Made by a program: the position numbers and the translations under genes. Below are positions 1 through 10,116 of a stretch of 64,000 nucleotides of DNA, one piece after another. The notes beneath the pieces are model-generated. The model was not told the DNA's origin. It made no database searches and worked only from the letters and a program-made list of their open reading frames with translations. Numbering within the stretch: position 1 is the stretch's first letter; every line of letters begins with the position of its first letter. This DNA comes from Candidatus Eiseniibacteriota bacterium (GTDB lineage: Bacteria; Eisenbacteria; RBG-16-71-46; CAIMUX01; VGJL01), in NCBI GenBank assembly GCA_041946735.1, contig JBHGAY010000022.1:1-64000 (forward strand), in the 5' to 3' direction.

Positions 1-368
1 GCGCCGATCGCCGCACGCCAGATCTCGCCGAGCGGCGTCGAGGACTCGACGAATCGTCGACGCCCGGACGAGAGCCTCGAAAACAAGGCAACCACATTGC
101 CGGGCGAGCGTGTTCGGTCTCGTTCGGTGGCCCGAACGTCCGCCCGGGGGAGGGTGCGGAGGTCCGGCGGCCCGGCGATGCGGAGGCTCCCAGGCCCCGC
201 GGGCCGGGCTCCCCAGCGCTTTCCGCTCCCAACTGCGCCGTTCACCCGGCCCCTCGTTCCTGTTAGCTTCACGGGTTCTTCGAATCACCCCCGACGGCGT
301 GCGGCGCATGTCCCCGTGCGGTCGCCCCGCGCGGCACTGCGCCCATCCCGATGCCGAGGAGAGGAAAG

Positions 369-974
369 ATGGCCGAAGCGCTCGAATCCGCGCCGCCCGA
401 ATGGCCTGGGAGCCTTCCTCTCGACTCCACGGCGGCGCTCATCCATCGGGTGAAGTCGGGCGACCGGTCGGCGCGCGACGAGCTCGCCGCCCGCTACCAT
501 CCGCTCCTCATGCGGTGGGCGCACGGGCGGCTGCCCGCCGGCTCCCGCGCGCTGTCCGACACGGCCGACCTCGTCCAGATGACGCTCCTTCGCGTCCTCG
601 ACCGCATGGGGGCCTTCGAGCCCCGGCGCGAAGGCGCGTTCCTCGTCTACCTGCGCCGGACGCTCCTGAATCTCTTGCGAAACGAGATCCGCCGCTCGTT
701 CCACGATCCCAAGCAGGCGGTGAACGAGGAGTTCGAGGACGAGCGGGCGTCGCTGCTCGAGGAGATGGTCGGGCGCGAGGTGATGCAGTCCTACGAGGCC
801 GCGCTGGCACAGCTCCCGGGGCAGATGCGAGAGGCGGTCGTGCTGCGGCTCGAGTTCGGCTTCAGCCATCGGGAGATCGCCGACGCGATCGGAAGTCCCT
901 CGCCGAACGCGGCCAGGATGCTCGTCTCGAGGGCGCTCGAGAAGCTTTCGCGCGCGATGGACCGCCACCGGTGA
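369..974 (+). CDS. ECF RNA polymerase sigma-70 factor
   Basis: Region 2 (DTADLVQMTLLR...FLVYLRRTLLNLLRN) and region 4 (LAQLPGQMREAVVLR...SHREIADAIG); GAGGA SD at 361-365 before ATG 369. Confidence 0.92.
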   Translation: MAEALESAPPEWPGSLPLDSTAALIHRVKSGDRSARDELAARYHPLLMRWAHGRLPAGSRALSDTADLVQMTLLRVLDRMGAFEPRREGAFLVYLRRTLLNLLRNEIRRSFHDPKQAVNEEFEDERASLLEEMVGREVMQSYEAALAQLPGQMREAVVLRLEFGFSHREIADAIGSPSPNAARMLVSRALEKLSRAMDRHR

Positions 975-984
975 GAGGGCGGGG

Positions 985-3900
985 GTGCTTGCGCCCGAGG
1001 GCGCGCCGGTGAGCAAGGGCAGGCCGGCGAGAGCGCGCCCGCTGCGGCGGCTGTGCGACGCGATCTCCGACGGGAGCGCCATCGACTGGGACCGGGCGCG
1101 CGAGGAGACGCCGGCGGCCGAGGGGTCGACACTCCAGCGGTTGCGCGAGATCGAGGCGGTCGCGCGCGCCCATGGCGCGATCGCCTCGCTGTTGCAGGAG
1201 CGGCCGCCGGAATCCGGGCAACTCGCCGCCGGGCAACTCGCCGCCGCGGCACCCGTCGCCGGGCAAGTCGCCGCCGCGGCACCGGCCTCCGCGAACTACT
1301 GGGGGCCGTTGCGCCTCTGCGAGCTGGTGGGTCAGGGAAGCTTCGGCGACGTGTATCGCGCGATCGACACCCGGCTGCAGCGCGAAGTGGCCGTCAAGCT
1401 GCGCCGCCTCGGCTTCACCGACTCGGATGCCGGCGCACGCCGCTTCCTCGACGAAGCGCGGAGCCTGGCGCGGGTGCGCCATCCGAACGTGCTCGCCATC
1501 CACGGGGCCGACGTCCACGAGCGGCGCGTCGGGTTCTGGACGGACTTCCTCCACGGCAAGACGCTCGCCGCGCGCCTGCAAGACGAAGGTCCGCTCGGCG
1601 CGGGCGAAGCGATCGTGATCGGCCTGTCGCTCTGCAGCGCGCTCGCGGCCGTGCACGCGGCCGGTTACGTCCATGGAGACGTGAAGGCGGCGAACGTGAT
1701 GCGCGAGCGACACGGCCGGATCGTCCTGATGGACTTCGGCGCGGCGCACTGGCGGAGCGATGCGCCGCCCGGAGCGGGCAGCGCCGGCGCAGGACCGGCT
1801 GCCCCCGCAGGGCCGGCTGCCCCCGCGATGCCGCTTCCTGCGTTCGGCACGCCGCTCGTACTCGCGCCGGAGATCATCCTGCGCGGCGAGGGAGCGCGGC
1901 CGGAATCCGATCTGTACTCGCTCGGCGTCCTCCTCTATCAGCTCGTGACCGGCCGCTATCCGATCGAGGCGAAGGACTGGACCGACTTGCAGGAGAGGCA
2001 CGCGCGCGGCGAGGTGGGGTCCTTGCGCGACGCGCGGCCCGATCTCCCGGCCCCGTTCGTCCAGCTCGTTGAGCGCGCGATCGCGCCCGACCCGGCCGAT
2101 CGCTTCCGGAGCGCGGGAGAGATGGAGCGCGCTCTCTTCCTCGCCCTTTCCTCGGCGGACGGAGTCCGCGACCACGTCCCGACCACGCGGTCGGTCCTGA
2201 GGGAGCTGGGGACGCTGCCCGAGGAGATGTGTCGCCGACTCGCCCTACAGGCGGCCGAGCAGCTCGCGCGCGTCCATGCGGATGGCGACGTGCTTGGAGA
2301 CGGATTCGACCTGGACTCCATGCTGTTGCTCGGGGACGGCAGCTTGCAGCTGTTCCGGTCCGGGCGGCCGGTGGGGATGGTAGCCGCTGCATCGAACTCC
2401 GCCCCGAACGCCACCGACCTTGCCGCCGCCGACCTTGCCACGTCCGACCTTGCCGCCTTGCAGCAGGCCGACGTCCGCCGGCTCGCTCAGCTTCTGCTCG
2501 AAGCGGGGACGCGAGGGGGATCGCGTGCCGCGTTCTCGCCTTTCTTCGACGCGCTCCTGACGGACATCATCGCGGGCGGCGCGCCCGAGGCTGCGCCCTC
2601 GCCGTGCCGCCCGGTCCTCTCGGCCGAGCAGCTCGCGCAGATCCTGAGGGAGGGAGAGAGAAGCGAGTGGTGGCGCGAGCGGGCCGTCGAGACTCCCCAG
2701 GCATCGGTATCCTCCCCGCATCGCAGCCACGCCGCCCGCGAGACGGGCCTTCATGGCCGGGATCGCGACCTCCAGCGCCTCCGCGCCGCCTACGAGCGAG
2801 CGAAGGCCGGCGAGGGGAACGTCGTGCTCCTCGAGGGAGAGGCGGGGATCGGCAAGACGAGGCTCGTCGACGAGCTGGTGAGCGTCCTCGAGCGGGACGG
2901 CGAGGCGTTTCACTTCCTCTTCGGCTCCTATCCGCCCGGCGGAGCGGCGACCGACGCCGGCGCGTTCCTCGCCGCCTATCGGGAGCATCTCGGAGACTGC
3001 GGCCGCGAGCGCAGGCTCGAGCGGGCGGTGGAGCGCGCGCTCGCCTCGTCGTCCCCGAGCCTGGCGGCTCCCTTTGCCGCGCTGCTCCGAGGCGGCGCCG
3101 CTTCGGAGTCCGACCGGCTCACGAAGGAGTCGATCCAGACCGGCTTCGTCCTCGTCACGCGCGCGCTCGCGTCGGAGAGGCCGGCGATCGTCTGCATCGA
3201 CGATCTCCACTTTGCGCCCGACGACGGACGCGCGCTCTTCGCCGCGCTCGCCCTCGGAGTCCCGGGCCACCGGATCCTGCTGATCGGATCGGCCCGCCCG
3301 GAGCTTCCGGATTCCTGGACCGCCGCCATCCTGAGACCGGAGCATGCGACGCGCCTGTCTCTCGAGCGTCTTCGCGATCCCGACTTCACGGCGATCGTCG
3401 CGGACGCTCTCGGCTCGGCGCCGCTGGCCGGCGATCTCGGTCCGATCCTCATGGCGCGCTGCGACGGCAATCCTCTCTTCCTCCTCGAGCATCTGCACGC
3501 GCTCGAGGAGGCCCGCCTCCTCGCTCGCGGAGCGGATGGCGTCTGGACCGGGACGCTCCGCGAGCATCAGATCCCGCGGCCCGACTCGGTGCGGCAGCTC
3601 ATCCGCTCGCGCCTGGAGGGGCTCGACGAGGAGGACCGGCATCTCCTCGAGTTCGCCTCGTGCGATGGATTCGAGTTCGATCCGCTGCTCGTCGCGGAGG
3701 CGTCGGGCGCGCCGGTTCTCGACACGCTCCGCCGCTTCGGCCTGATCGAGAAGCGCCACGGCCTGATCCGAGCGGCTGGCCGGCGCTATGCGTTCGATCA
3801 TCATCAGGTGCAGGAGACCCTCCAGGAGAGCCTCTTCGAGCCGCTCCGGGAGCACTACCACGCGGCGCTCGCAATCGCGCTCGAGGCGCGCGAAGCGCAC

Positions 3901-5454
3901 GAGCATGCGCGGGATCGCGATCCGCGGGAGATGGACGGCGAGATCGCCGTGTCCTTGGCGGAGCATTTCGCGAAGGGAGGACGCGGCGAGGAGTCGTCGC
4001 GCTACCTCGTCGCCGCGCTCGAACATCTCGAGCGGATGCATCGCCACGGCGCGGCCGTGGACCTCGCCATGCGCGCTCTCGAGTCGTCCGGGTTCCCGGC
4101 CGGCGGCGAGCGGATCCCCGCGCTGATGCGGCTCGCCGCGCGCCTGGAGTACCTCGGCCGGAAGGACGAGGAGAACGAGGCTCTCGAGAAGCTCGTCACC
4201 GTCGCGGACGCGCACGGCGAGACGCTCGCGCGGGCGCAGGCGCGCCGCATGCTCGGCTGGCTGCGCACGCGGCAGGCGCGCTACGACGAGGCGCGCTCGT
4301 TGCTCGAGCAGGCGCTCGCGATCGCGCGCGAGTGCGGCGACCCTCGCGAGGAATCGAACGCGACGGGGCATCTCGGCAATCTCTTCTACGAGATGAACAG
4401 GCTGGAGGACGCGGAGGCGTCGTTCACGGAGAGCCTCGAGCTGGCGAGGCGCAGCGGCTACACGCGGCAGGAGGTCAAGATCACCGGCAACCTCGGCGTG
4501 GTCGCGTACGGGCTGGGACGTCCCGCGCAGGCGCACGAGATCTTCGAGCGCCACCTGGAGCTGTCGCGTCGCGAAGGCTACCGGCTGGGCGAGGCGATCG
4601 CCGTCGGCAATCTTGGGGTAATCCTCTCGGAGCTGGGAAGGCGTGAGGAGGCGCGCGAGCACCACGAGCGCCATCTCGCCCTCGCGCGCGAGGTCGGCTT
4701 CCGCCAGGCGGAGGCGATCGCGAGCGGCAACCTCGGAGGCCTCGACTTCCACGCGGGACTTCTCGCGTCGTCGCTCGAGCGACACGAGCGGATGCTGCGC
4801 GTGTCGGCCGAGATCGGCTTCGTCGTCGGAGAGGCGAGCGCCATGCAGGGTCTCGCCCTGACGCTCGCCGCGCTCGGACGTTTCGACGAGGCGCGTGGAT
4901 GGGAGGAGAAGCGGCTCGCGCTCGGCCGTGACGCACAGCGGCCCGCCATCGAAGGGGAGGCGATGCTCGGGCTCGCCGACATCGCCCTCGAGATGGAGGA
5001 CCTCGGGGGGGCGGAGGATCTCTATCGCCGCGCCATCGATCTATGGAACACGAACCCGTACAAGCGGGGGATGGCGCTCGCGCTCGTGCGCCTGGGGAAG
5101 CTGTGCCGCGAGACGTCCCGGGAGGACGAAGCGCGCGATCGCCTGGTCGAGGGGCTCGCGCTGGCGAAGGAGGCGGCGGTTCCGAGCGCGATCGTCACCG
5201 CCTCGGTCGAGCTGGCGTTGCTTCCCTCCGGGGATCGTGACGCGGCCCTCGACGCCTACCGCTCCTACGAAGGGCGGCTGAGCCACACCGAGAAGCTGCG
5301 CGCGCTCCATCGCCTCCATCAAGCGACCGGCGAGGAGGCGCACCTCGTCGCCGCCCGCGCCCTGCTCGAAGATCTGCTGCACGGCGCGCCCGAGTCCGAC
5401 CGGCCGCGCCTGCTCTCCCGCGTCCGCCTCTATCGGGAGATCGCCGCAGGATAA
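985..5454 (+). CDS. Ser/Thr protein kinase fused to AAA/STAND-like P-loop domain and TPR repeats
   Basis: Kinase motifs GQGSFGDVY, VAVK, HGDVKAANV, DFG, GTP..APE, SDLYSLG; Walker A GEAGIGKT, Walker B IVCIDD; C-terminal GNLG-type TPR repeats. Start uncertain (GTG 985 or 1009). Confidence 0.9.
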   Translation: MLAPEGAPVSKGRPARARPLRRLCDAISDGSAIDWDRAREETPAAEGSTLQRLREIEAVARAHGAIASLLQERPPESGQLAAGQLAAAAPVAGQVAAAAPASANYWGPLRLCELVGQGSFGDVYRAIDTRLQREVAVKLRRLGFTDSDAGARRFLDEARSLARVRHPNVLAIHGADVHERRVGFWTDFLHGKTLAARLQDEGPLGAGEAIVIGLSLCSALAAVHAAGYVHGDVKAANVMRERHGRIVLMDFGAAHWRSDAPPGAGSAGAGPAAPAGPAAPAMPLPAFGTPLVLAPEIILRGEGARPESDLYSLGVLLYQLVTGRYPIEAKDWTDLQERHARGEVGSLRDARPDLPAPFVQLVERAIAPDPADRFRSAGEMERALFLALSSADGVRDHVPTTRSVLRELGTLPEEMCRRLALQAAEQLARVHADGDVLGDGFDLDSMLLLGDGSLQLFRSGRPVGMVAAASNSAPNATDLAAADLATSDLAALQQADVRRLAQLLLEAGTRGGSRAAFSPFFDALLTDIIAGGAPEAAPSPCRPVLSAEQLAQILREGERSEWWRERAVETPQASVSSPHRSHAARETGLHGRDRDLQRLRAAYERAKAGEGNVVLLEGEAGIGKTRLVDELVSVLERDGEAFHFLFGSYPPGGAATDAGAFLAAYREHLGDCGRERRLERAVERALASSSPSLAAPFAALLRGGAASESDRLTKESIQTGFVLVTRALASERPAIVCIDDLHFAPDDGRALFAALALGVPGHRILLIGSARPELPDSWTAAILRPEHATRLSLERLRDPDFTAIVADALGSAPLAGDLGPILMARCDGNPLFLLEHLHALEEARLLARGADGVWTGTLREHQIPRPDSVRQLIRSRLEGLDEEDRHLLEFASCDGFEFDPLLVAEASGAPVLDTLRRFGLIEKRHGLIRAAGRRYAFDHHQVQETLQESLFEPLREHYHAALAIALEAREAHEHARDRDPREMDGEIAVSLAEHFAKGGRGEESSRYLVAALEHLERMHRHGAAVDLAMRALESSGFPAGGERIPALMRLAARLEYLGRKDEENEALEKLVTVADAHGETLARAQARRMLGWLRTRQARYDEARSLLEQALAIARECGDPREESNATGHLGNLFYEMNRLEDAEASFTESLELARRSGYTRQEVKITGNLGVVAYGLGRPAQAHEIFERHLELSRREGYRLGEAIAVGNLGVILSELGRREEAREHHERHLALAREVGFRQAEAIASGNLGGLDFHAGLLASSLERHERMLRVSAEIGFVVGEASAMQGLALTLAALGRFDEARGWEEKRLALGRDAQRPAIEGEAMLGLADIALEMEDLGGAEDLYRRAIDLWNTNPYKRGMALALVRLGKLCRETSREDEARDRLVEGLALAKEAAVPSAIVTASVELALLPSGDRDAALDAYRSYEGRLSHTEKLRALHRLHQATGEEAHLVAARALLEDLLHGAPESDRPRLLSRVRLYREIAAG

Positions 5455-5623
5455 GCCCAGCCCCCGGCCCTTTCCTCCCAAGACCCGACAGGCGATCGGC
5501 GCGTCTCCGCCCTTCTCCGCCAGCCTCCGCCGGCCTCCGCCCCAATTTCCTCGTGCGCTTTTGCGATCCCCGCGTGTTTCCCCTGGTCGACGATGCCGCA
5601 CCGGCACGCCCGGCCGTTCCCAA

Positions 5624-5671
5624 GGTCACGGTCACGGTCTCCGGTCACGGTCAGGTCACGGTCACCGGTCA
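5624..5671. repeat. Imperfect GGTCAC tandem repeat (~8 units)
   Basis: ggtcac ggtcac ggtctcc ggtcac ggtca ggtcac ggtcacc ggtca, read directly from the sequence. Confidence 0.85.
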
Positions 5672-5761
5672 GTAGGAAACGGAGTCGCAAGCGAAGGGAT
5701 CGCGAGCGCCCGCCCGCGCGAGCGAGCGAGCGGACGGTCCCGCACTCGTGGAGGTCTCGAA

Positions 5762-8700
5762 ATGAAAAAGGTCTTCTGGATTGCTTCCCGGGCGGCGGTC
5801 GCCCTCGGGTACGCGGCGGTCACCCTCGGCTTCGCGGGGATCGCCCTCGGGCTCGCGGGGATCGCCGCCCGGCCGGCTTCGGCCGAGGTTCTGAGCGACG
5901 CGTACATTACGGTGCGCGAGGGCGGAGCGGACAACGCGCTCGTCGGCTTCTCGGTCGGCACCGCCGGCGACGTCAACGGCGATGGCTACAGCGACGTGTT
6001 GCTGAACGGTTCGGAGAACAACGGGACGGTCTGGTGCTACCACGGCTCGGCCACGGCGTCGTTCGGCCCGCCGTCCTGGTCGGTGAACGGAGGAGCGCAG
6101 AACTGGCTCGGAAGCCAGGTCTCGACCGCCGGCGACGTCAACGGGGATGGTTACGACGACGCGGCGATCGGCGCACCGATCTACGCGAACGGCCAGACCT
6201 CGGAAGGGGCCGTCTACGTCTACCTCGGCTCGCCGGCCGGCCTCGCCGCGACGCCGCAGATCGTCCTCGAGTCGAACGTGGCGAACGCGTCGTTCGGCGG
6301 CTCGGTCGACACGGCGGGCGACGTCAACGGGGACGGATACGACGACATCGTCGTCGGAGCGCACCGCTACGCCAACGGGCAGTCGAGCGAGGGGCGCGCG
6401 TACCTCTTCTACGGCTCGGCCAATGGAATCCTCTCGACTCCGGCCTGGACGTTCGAGAGCAACGTGGCCGACGCCTCGCTGGGCCTGCACGTCTGCGGCA
6501 ACGGCGACGTCAACGGCGACGGCTTCGCCGACGTGCTCGTCGCCGCTCCGGATCTCGCGAACGGACAGTCCCTCGAAGGACGGGTCTACCTGTTCTGCGG
6601 CTCGGCCAACGGGCTTCCGGCTCAGGCGGACTGGACCTACGAGTCCAACGTCGTCGGCGGACGGTGCGGCTGGGGCCTCGGCTTCGCCGGCGACCTGAAC
6701 GGCGACGGCTACAGTGACCTCGCCTTCGACACGGGGAGCAACGCGCCGGCGAACGGCGGGGTGCTCGTCTTCTTCGGCGGCGGCAACGGTCCCGCAGCGG
6801 CGCCCGACCGCTTCTTCGCGAGCAACCACGGCGGTTTCGCCGACAACCTCTACACGGCGGGCGACGTCAACGGCGACGGCTTCTCCGATCTCGTCGCGAC
6901 CGAGGAGACGCTGAACAACAACACCGGCGCGATCACGATCCTGGGCGGCTGGGAGTCGGGGAGCGGCCTGCCGGTCCTCGACTCGCGCAACGGCCAGCAG
7001 GTGGGCGAGCAGTTCGGCGCCGACGCCCGCTCCGCCGGCGACGTCAACGGGGACGGATACGGCGACGTGATCGCCGGCGCGCCCCGCAACGACAACGCGC
7101 ACACCGACGAGGGCGTCGTCCGCCTCTACCTGGGCGGCCCGTCGCTTCCCTCCGGCACCGCCTCCATCACGCGCGACGGCGGTCAGGAGAGCGCTCTCTT
7201 CGGATACTCGGTGGCGCAGGGCGACTGGAACGGCGACGGCTATTCCGACCTGGCCACCGGCGCTCCGTACTGGGACGGCTCCTTCGTCGATGGCGGCGCG
7301 GTCCAGATCTTCTATGGCAGCGAGAACGGGTATCCGGCCACCGCAGACTGGATCTACCTCGGCACTTCGCAGCAGGGATCGTTCGGCTACGCGGTCGCCA
7401 ACGCCGGCGACGTCGACAACGATGGCTACGACGAGCTTCTCGTCGGCGAGCCGTTCTGGAGCGGGGGCAACCTGTCGGTCGCCGGACGGGCCTACCTCTA
7501 TCAGGGCTCCGCGGCCGGTCTCGAGCCTTCCGCATCCTGGATCGGAACGGGAGAGTCGAACGGCGCCTACTACGGCACCTCGCTCGCCGGCGCCGGCGAC
7601 GTCAACGGTGATGGCTATGCGGACGTCCTGGTCGGCGCCCCGATGCAGAACGGCGTTCAGGGCCACGGAGGGAAGGTCTACGTCTACGACGGGACGGCGG
7701 AAGGTCTGAGCCAGCAGGCGAACTGGACGCAGACCACCGGCACGGACTTCGATGAGCTGGGCCGCAGCGTGGCCGGCGCGGGCGACGTCAACGGCGACGG
7801 CTACTCGGACATCGTGATCGGCGCGCCGGGGATGGGCGCGATCGCGGACGAGGGCTACATCTTCGTGCTCTTCGGATCGCCGGCCGGTCCCGAGCCGGGT
7901 GGATGGTTCATCCACGGCAACCAGGTCAACGCGCGGTTCGGCAGCCGGGTCGCGGCGGCCGGCGACGTCGACGGCGACGGCTACAGCGACATCGTCCACG
8001 GCGCGGGCGACTTCGACTACAACGGCATGACGGACTGCGGCATGGCGGAGGTGTATCTCGGCGACCCCGGCGACTGGTTGAACCTCTGCTGGGGGAGGGT
8101 CGGCGAGCACGCGAGCGACCGCTACGGATTCAGCGTGGCCGGCGGCGGCGACCTCAACAACGACGGCTACTCGGACATCGTGATCGGCGCCCCGTGGAGC
8201 GACGGCGCCTCGCCCGACGGCGGCGGCGCGTACCTCTATCTCGGCAGCGGAGTCGGCGGCACGATCCTCGACGCGTCCTGGCTGCGCTTCGACACCGACG
8301 ACTGGTCGAACTTCGCGTGGTCGATCAGCATCGCGGGCGACGTGACGGGCGACGGCGTCTCCGACGCGGTCTTCGGCCAGCCATACGCCGGGTCCCCGAT
8401 CGGCCGCGTCTCCTGCTTCTACGGCCAGCGCGAGGTGTTCCCGCCGAGCGACAACGGGACGCGCCGGCATCCGCGCCAGCTTCGCGGCAACGGAAGCACG
8501 CCGCTCGCGCTGCTCGGCAAGTCCGACGTGTCGGGCTTCGTGATGCGCGCGGTCGGCCGTTCCGCGGCAGGACGCTCGGACGTCGCGCTCGAGTACCAGG
8601 TCGCGCCGTCGGGAAGCGGCTGGAGCGGCGTGTCGCAGATCCTGAGTACGGTCGACACCGGCGCGCCCGTTCCGGGCGATGGCAGCCGGGTCGTCGTCTC

Positions 8701-9178
8701 CACGACGATCGGCGGACTGATCGAGAACACGACCTATCACTGGCGGGCCCGCTTCCGCGGCGGCTCGCCGTACTTCCCGACGACTCCGTGGTGGTCGGTC
8801 CAGGGCAACGGCTCGACGGACGCCGATCTGCGCGCGGGAGCGGGCGGATCGAGCACGGTGGACGACTCCGAGGGCGGAGCGGGCGACCGCGGCGCGCTTC
8901 GCTTCTCGCGCGTCACGCCGAACCCGAGCCGGTTCGAGACGGCGCTCTTCTTCTCGACGGCGGCCTCGGGCGGCGACGTCCACTTGACGGTCCATGACGT
9001 GGCGGGACGGCGAATCGCGACGCTCTTCGACGGCCCCGCGCCCTCCGCCGGCGAGCACGCCGTTGGTTGGGACCTGCGCGACGATGCCGGACGCGACGTG
9101 CCGGCCGGCGTCTACCTCGCTCGGCTGACGCAAGGCGCTTCCATGACGACGACGACGAAACTGATCGTCAACCGGTAG
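5762..9178 (+). CDS. Secreted FG-GAP (integrin-alpha-like beta-propeller) repeat protein with C-terminal FlgD-Ig/T9SS-like domain
   Basis: Signal peptide MKKVFW...PASA; many AGDVNGDGYxD repeats; tail PNPSR...VHDVAGRRIATL...WDLRDDAGRDVPAGVY; GGAGG SD. Confidence 0.9.
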   Translation: MKKVFWIASRAAVALGYAAVTLGFAGIALGLAGIAARPASAEVLSDAYITVREGGADNALVGFSVGTAGDVNGDGYSDVLLNGSENNGTVWCYHGSATASFGPPSWSVNGGAQNWLGSQVSTAGDVNGDGYDDAAIGAPIYANGQTSEGAVYVYLGSPAGLAATPQIVLESNVANASFGGSVDTAGDVNGDGYDDIVVGAHRYANGQSSEGRAYLFYGSANGILSTPAWTFESNVADASLGLHVCGNGDVNGDGFADVLVAAPDLANGQSLEGRVYLFCGSANGLPAQADWTYESNVVGGRCGWGLGFAGDLNGDGYSDLAFDTGSNAPANGGVLVFFGGGNGPAAAPDRFFASNHGGFADNLYTAGDVNGDGFSDLVATEETLNNNTGAITILGGWESGSGLPVLDSRNGQQVGEQFGADARSAGDVNGDGYGDVIAGAPRNDNAHTDEGVVRLYLGGPSLPSGTASITRDGGQESALFGYSVAQGDWNGDGYSDLATGAPYWDGSFVDGGAVQIFYGSENGYPATADWIYLGTSQQGSFGYAVANAGDVDNDGYDELLVGEPFWSGGNLSVAGRAYLYQGSAAGLEPSASWIGTGESNGAYYGTSLAGAGDVNGDGYADVLVGAPMQNGVQGHGGKVYVYDGTAEGLSQQANWTQTTGTDFDELGRSVAGAGDVNGDGYSDIVIGAPGMGAIADEGYIFVLFGSPAGPEPGGWFIHGNQVNARFGSRVAAAGDVDGDGYSDIVHGAGDFDYNGMTDCGMAEVYLGDPGDWLNLCWGRVGEHASDRYGFSVAGGGDLNNDGYSDIVIGAPWSDGASPDGGGAYLYLGSGVGGTILDASWLRFDTDDWSNFAWSISIAGDVTGDGVSDAVFGQPYAGSPIGRVSCFYGQREVFPPSDNGTRRHPRQLRGNGSTPLALLGKSDVSGFVMRAVGRSAAGRSDVALEYQVAPSGSGWSGVSQILSTVDTGAPVPGDGSRVVVSTTIGGLIENTTYHWRARFRGGSPYFPTTPWWSVQGNGSTDADLRAGAGGSSTVDDSEGGAGDRGALRFSRVTPNPSRFETALFFSTAASGGDVHLTVHDVAGRRIATLFDGPAPSAGEHAVGWDLRDDAGRDVPAGVYLARLTQGASMTTTTKLIVNR

Positions 9179-9333
9179 TCGCGAACCGGTAGGCGGGCCG
9201 GCCCGCGCGCTCGCGCGAATCGATGGCTCGACCGGGACTGCGCGTGTCCCGGCGAGCGGACCGGCGGAGGCGATCTTCCTCGATCGAAGGATCGAGGAGG
9301 GTCGCCTCGCCTCGTTGCGCGCGGCGCCCTGCC

Positions 9334-10116
9334 TCAGACCTTCAGCCGGCCGATCAGACGCAGCAGGCCATCCAGGATCGTCAGCGGGTGCGGCGGACAG
9401 CCGGGGATGAACAGGTCGACCGGGACGCAGGAAGCGGCGCCGTTGTGCTGCTCGGGATGGTCGATGTACGGTCCGCCGCTGATCGCGCACGCTCCGACCG
9501 CGACCACGATCTTCGGGCTCGGGACCGCGTCGTAGGTCTTCTGCAGCGCCAAGCGCATGTTCTCCGTCACCGGACCGGTGATCAGCAGGCCGTCGGCATG
9601 CCGGGGGGAAGCGACGAACTGGATGCCGAAGCGGCCGATGTCCCAGCCGATCGTCGTCAGGACGTTCGTGTCCGCCTCGCAGGCGTTGCATCCGCCGGCG
9701 CTGACGACCCGCAGCTTCAGGGATCGACCGAAGACGCTACGCAGGCGGCCGTCCAGGGCGGCGGCGAGCGGCGCCTCCCCCGGGCCGATCACGAGGTCCT
9801 CTCGCCGCCGGGCTGCCAGGCGAGGATCGGTCGTGTAGGCGATCGCTCCCGCGGGGCAGGCCGTCTCACAGTCCGTGCAGAAGAGGCATCGGCCGAGATC
9901 GATCGTGAGCCGCCGATCACCGACCCCGGCCTCCACTCCGAGCGCGATCGCTCCCGTCGGACAGGCAGCCTCGCAGTCGTTGCAGCCGGCCCGGCAGGCG
10001 CCGGCGTCGATCGCCGGCCGGCCGCGGAAGCGATCCGGGAGCTCCGGCGCCGGCCCGTCGGGGTAGGCGATCGTGCGGTGGCCTTGCTGCATCCTGGCGA
10101 GGATCGTGCGAATCAT
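9334..10116 (-). CDS. Hydrogenase-4/Ehr small subunit (NuoB/HyfI-like) fused to N-terminal ferredoxin (HyfH-like)
   Basis: Two ferredoxin-type Cys clusters, then SAGGCNACE, ASPRHAD, AVGACAISGG, IPGCPPHP; start overlaps the upstream stop. Confidence 0.88.
   Translation of the reverse strand: MIRTILARMQQGHRTIAYPDGPAPELPDRFRGRPAIDAGACRAGCNDCEAACPTGAIALGVEAGVGDRRLTIDLGRCLFCTDCETACPAGAIAYTTDPRLAARRREDLVIGPGEAPLAAALDGRLRSVFGRSLKLRVVSAGGCNACEADTNVLTTIGWDIGRFGIQFVASPRHADGLLITGPVTENMRLALQKTYDAVPSPKIVVAVGACAISGGPYIDHPEQHNGAASCVPVDLFIPGCPPHPLTILDGLLRLIGRLKV

Noticed and set aside
5669..9691. Very long antisense or alternate-frame ORFs (also 2245-4785, 14723-17014, 50884-53217)
   Set aside because: Expected in high-GC DNA; they have no motifs and overlap well-supported genes.
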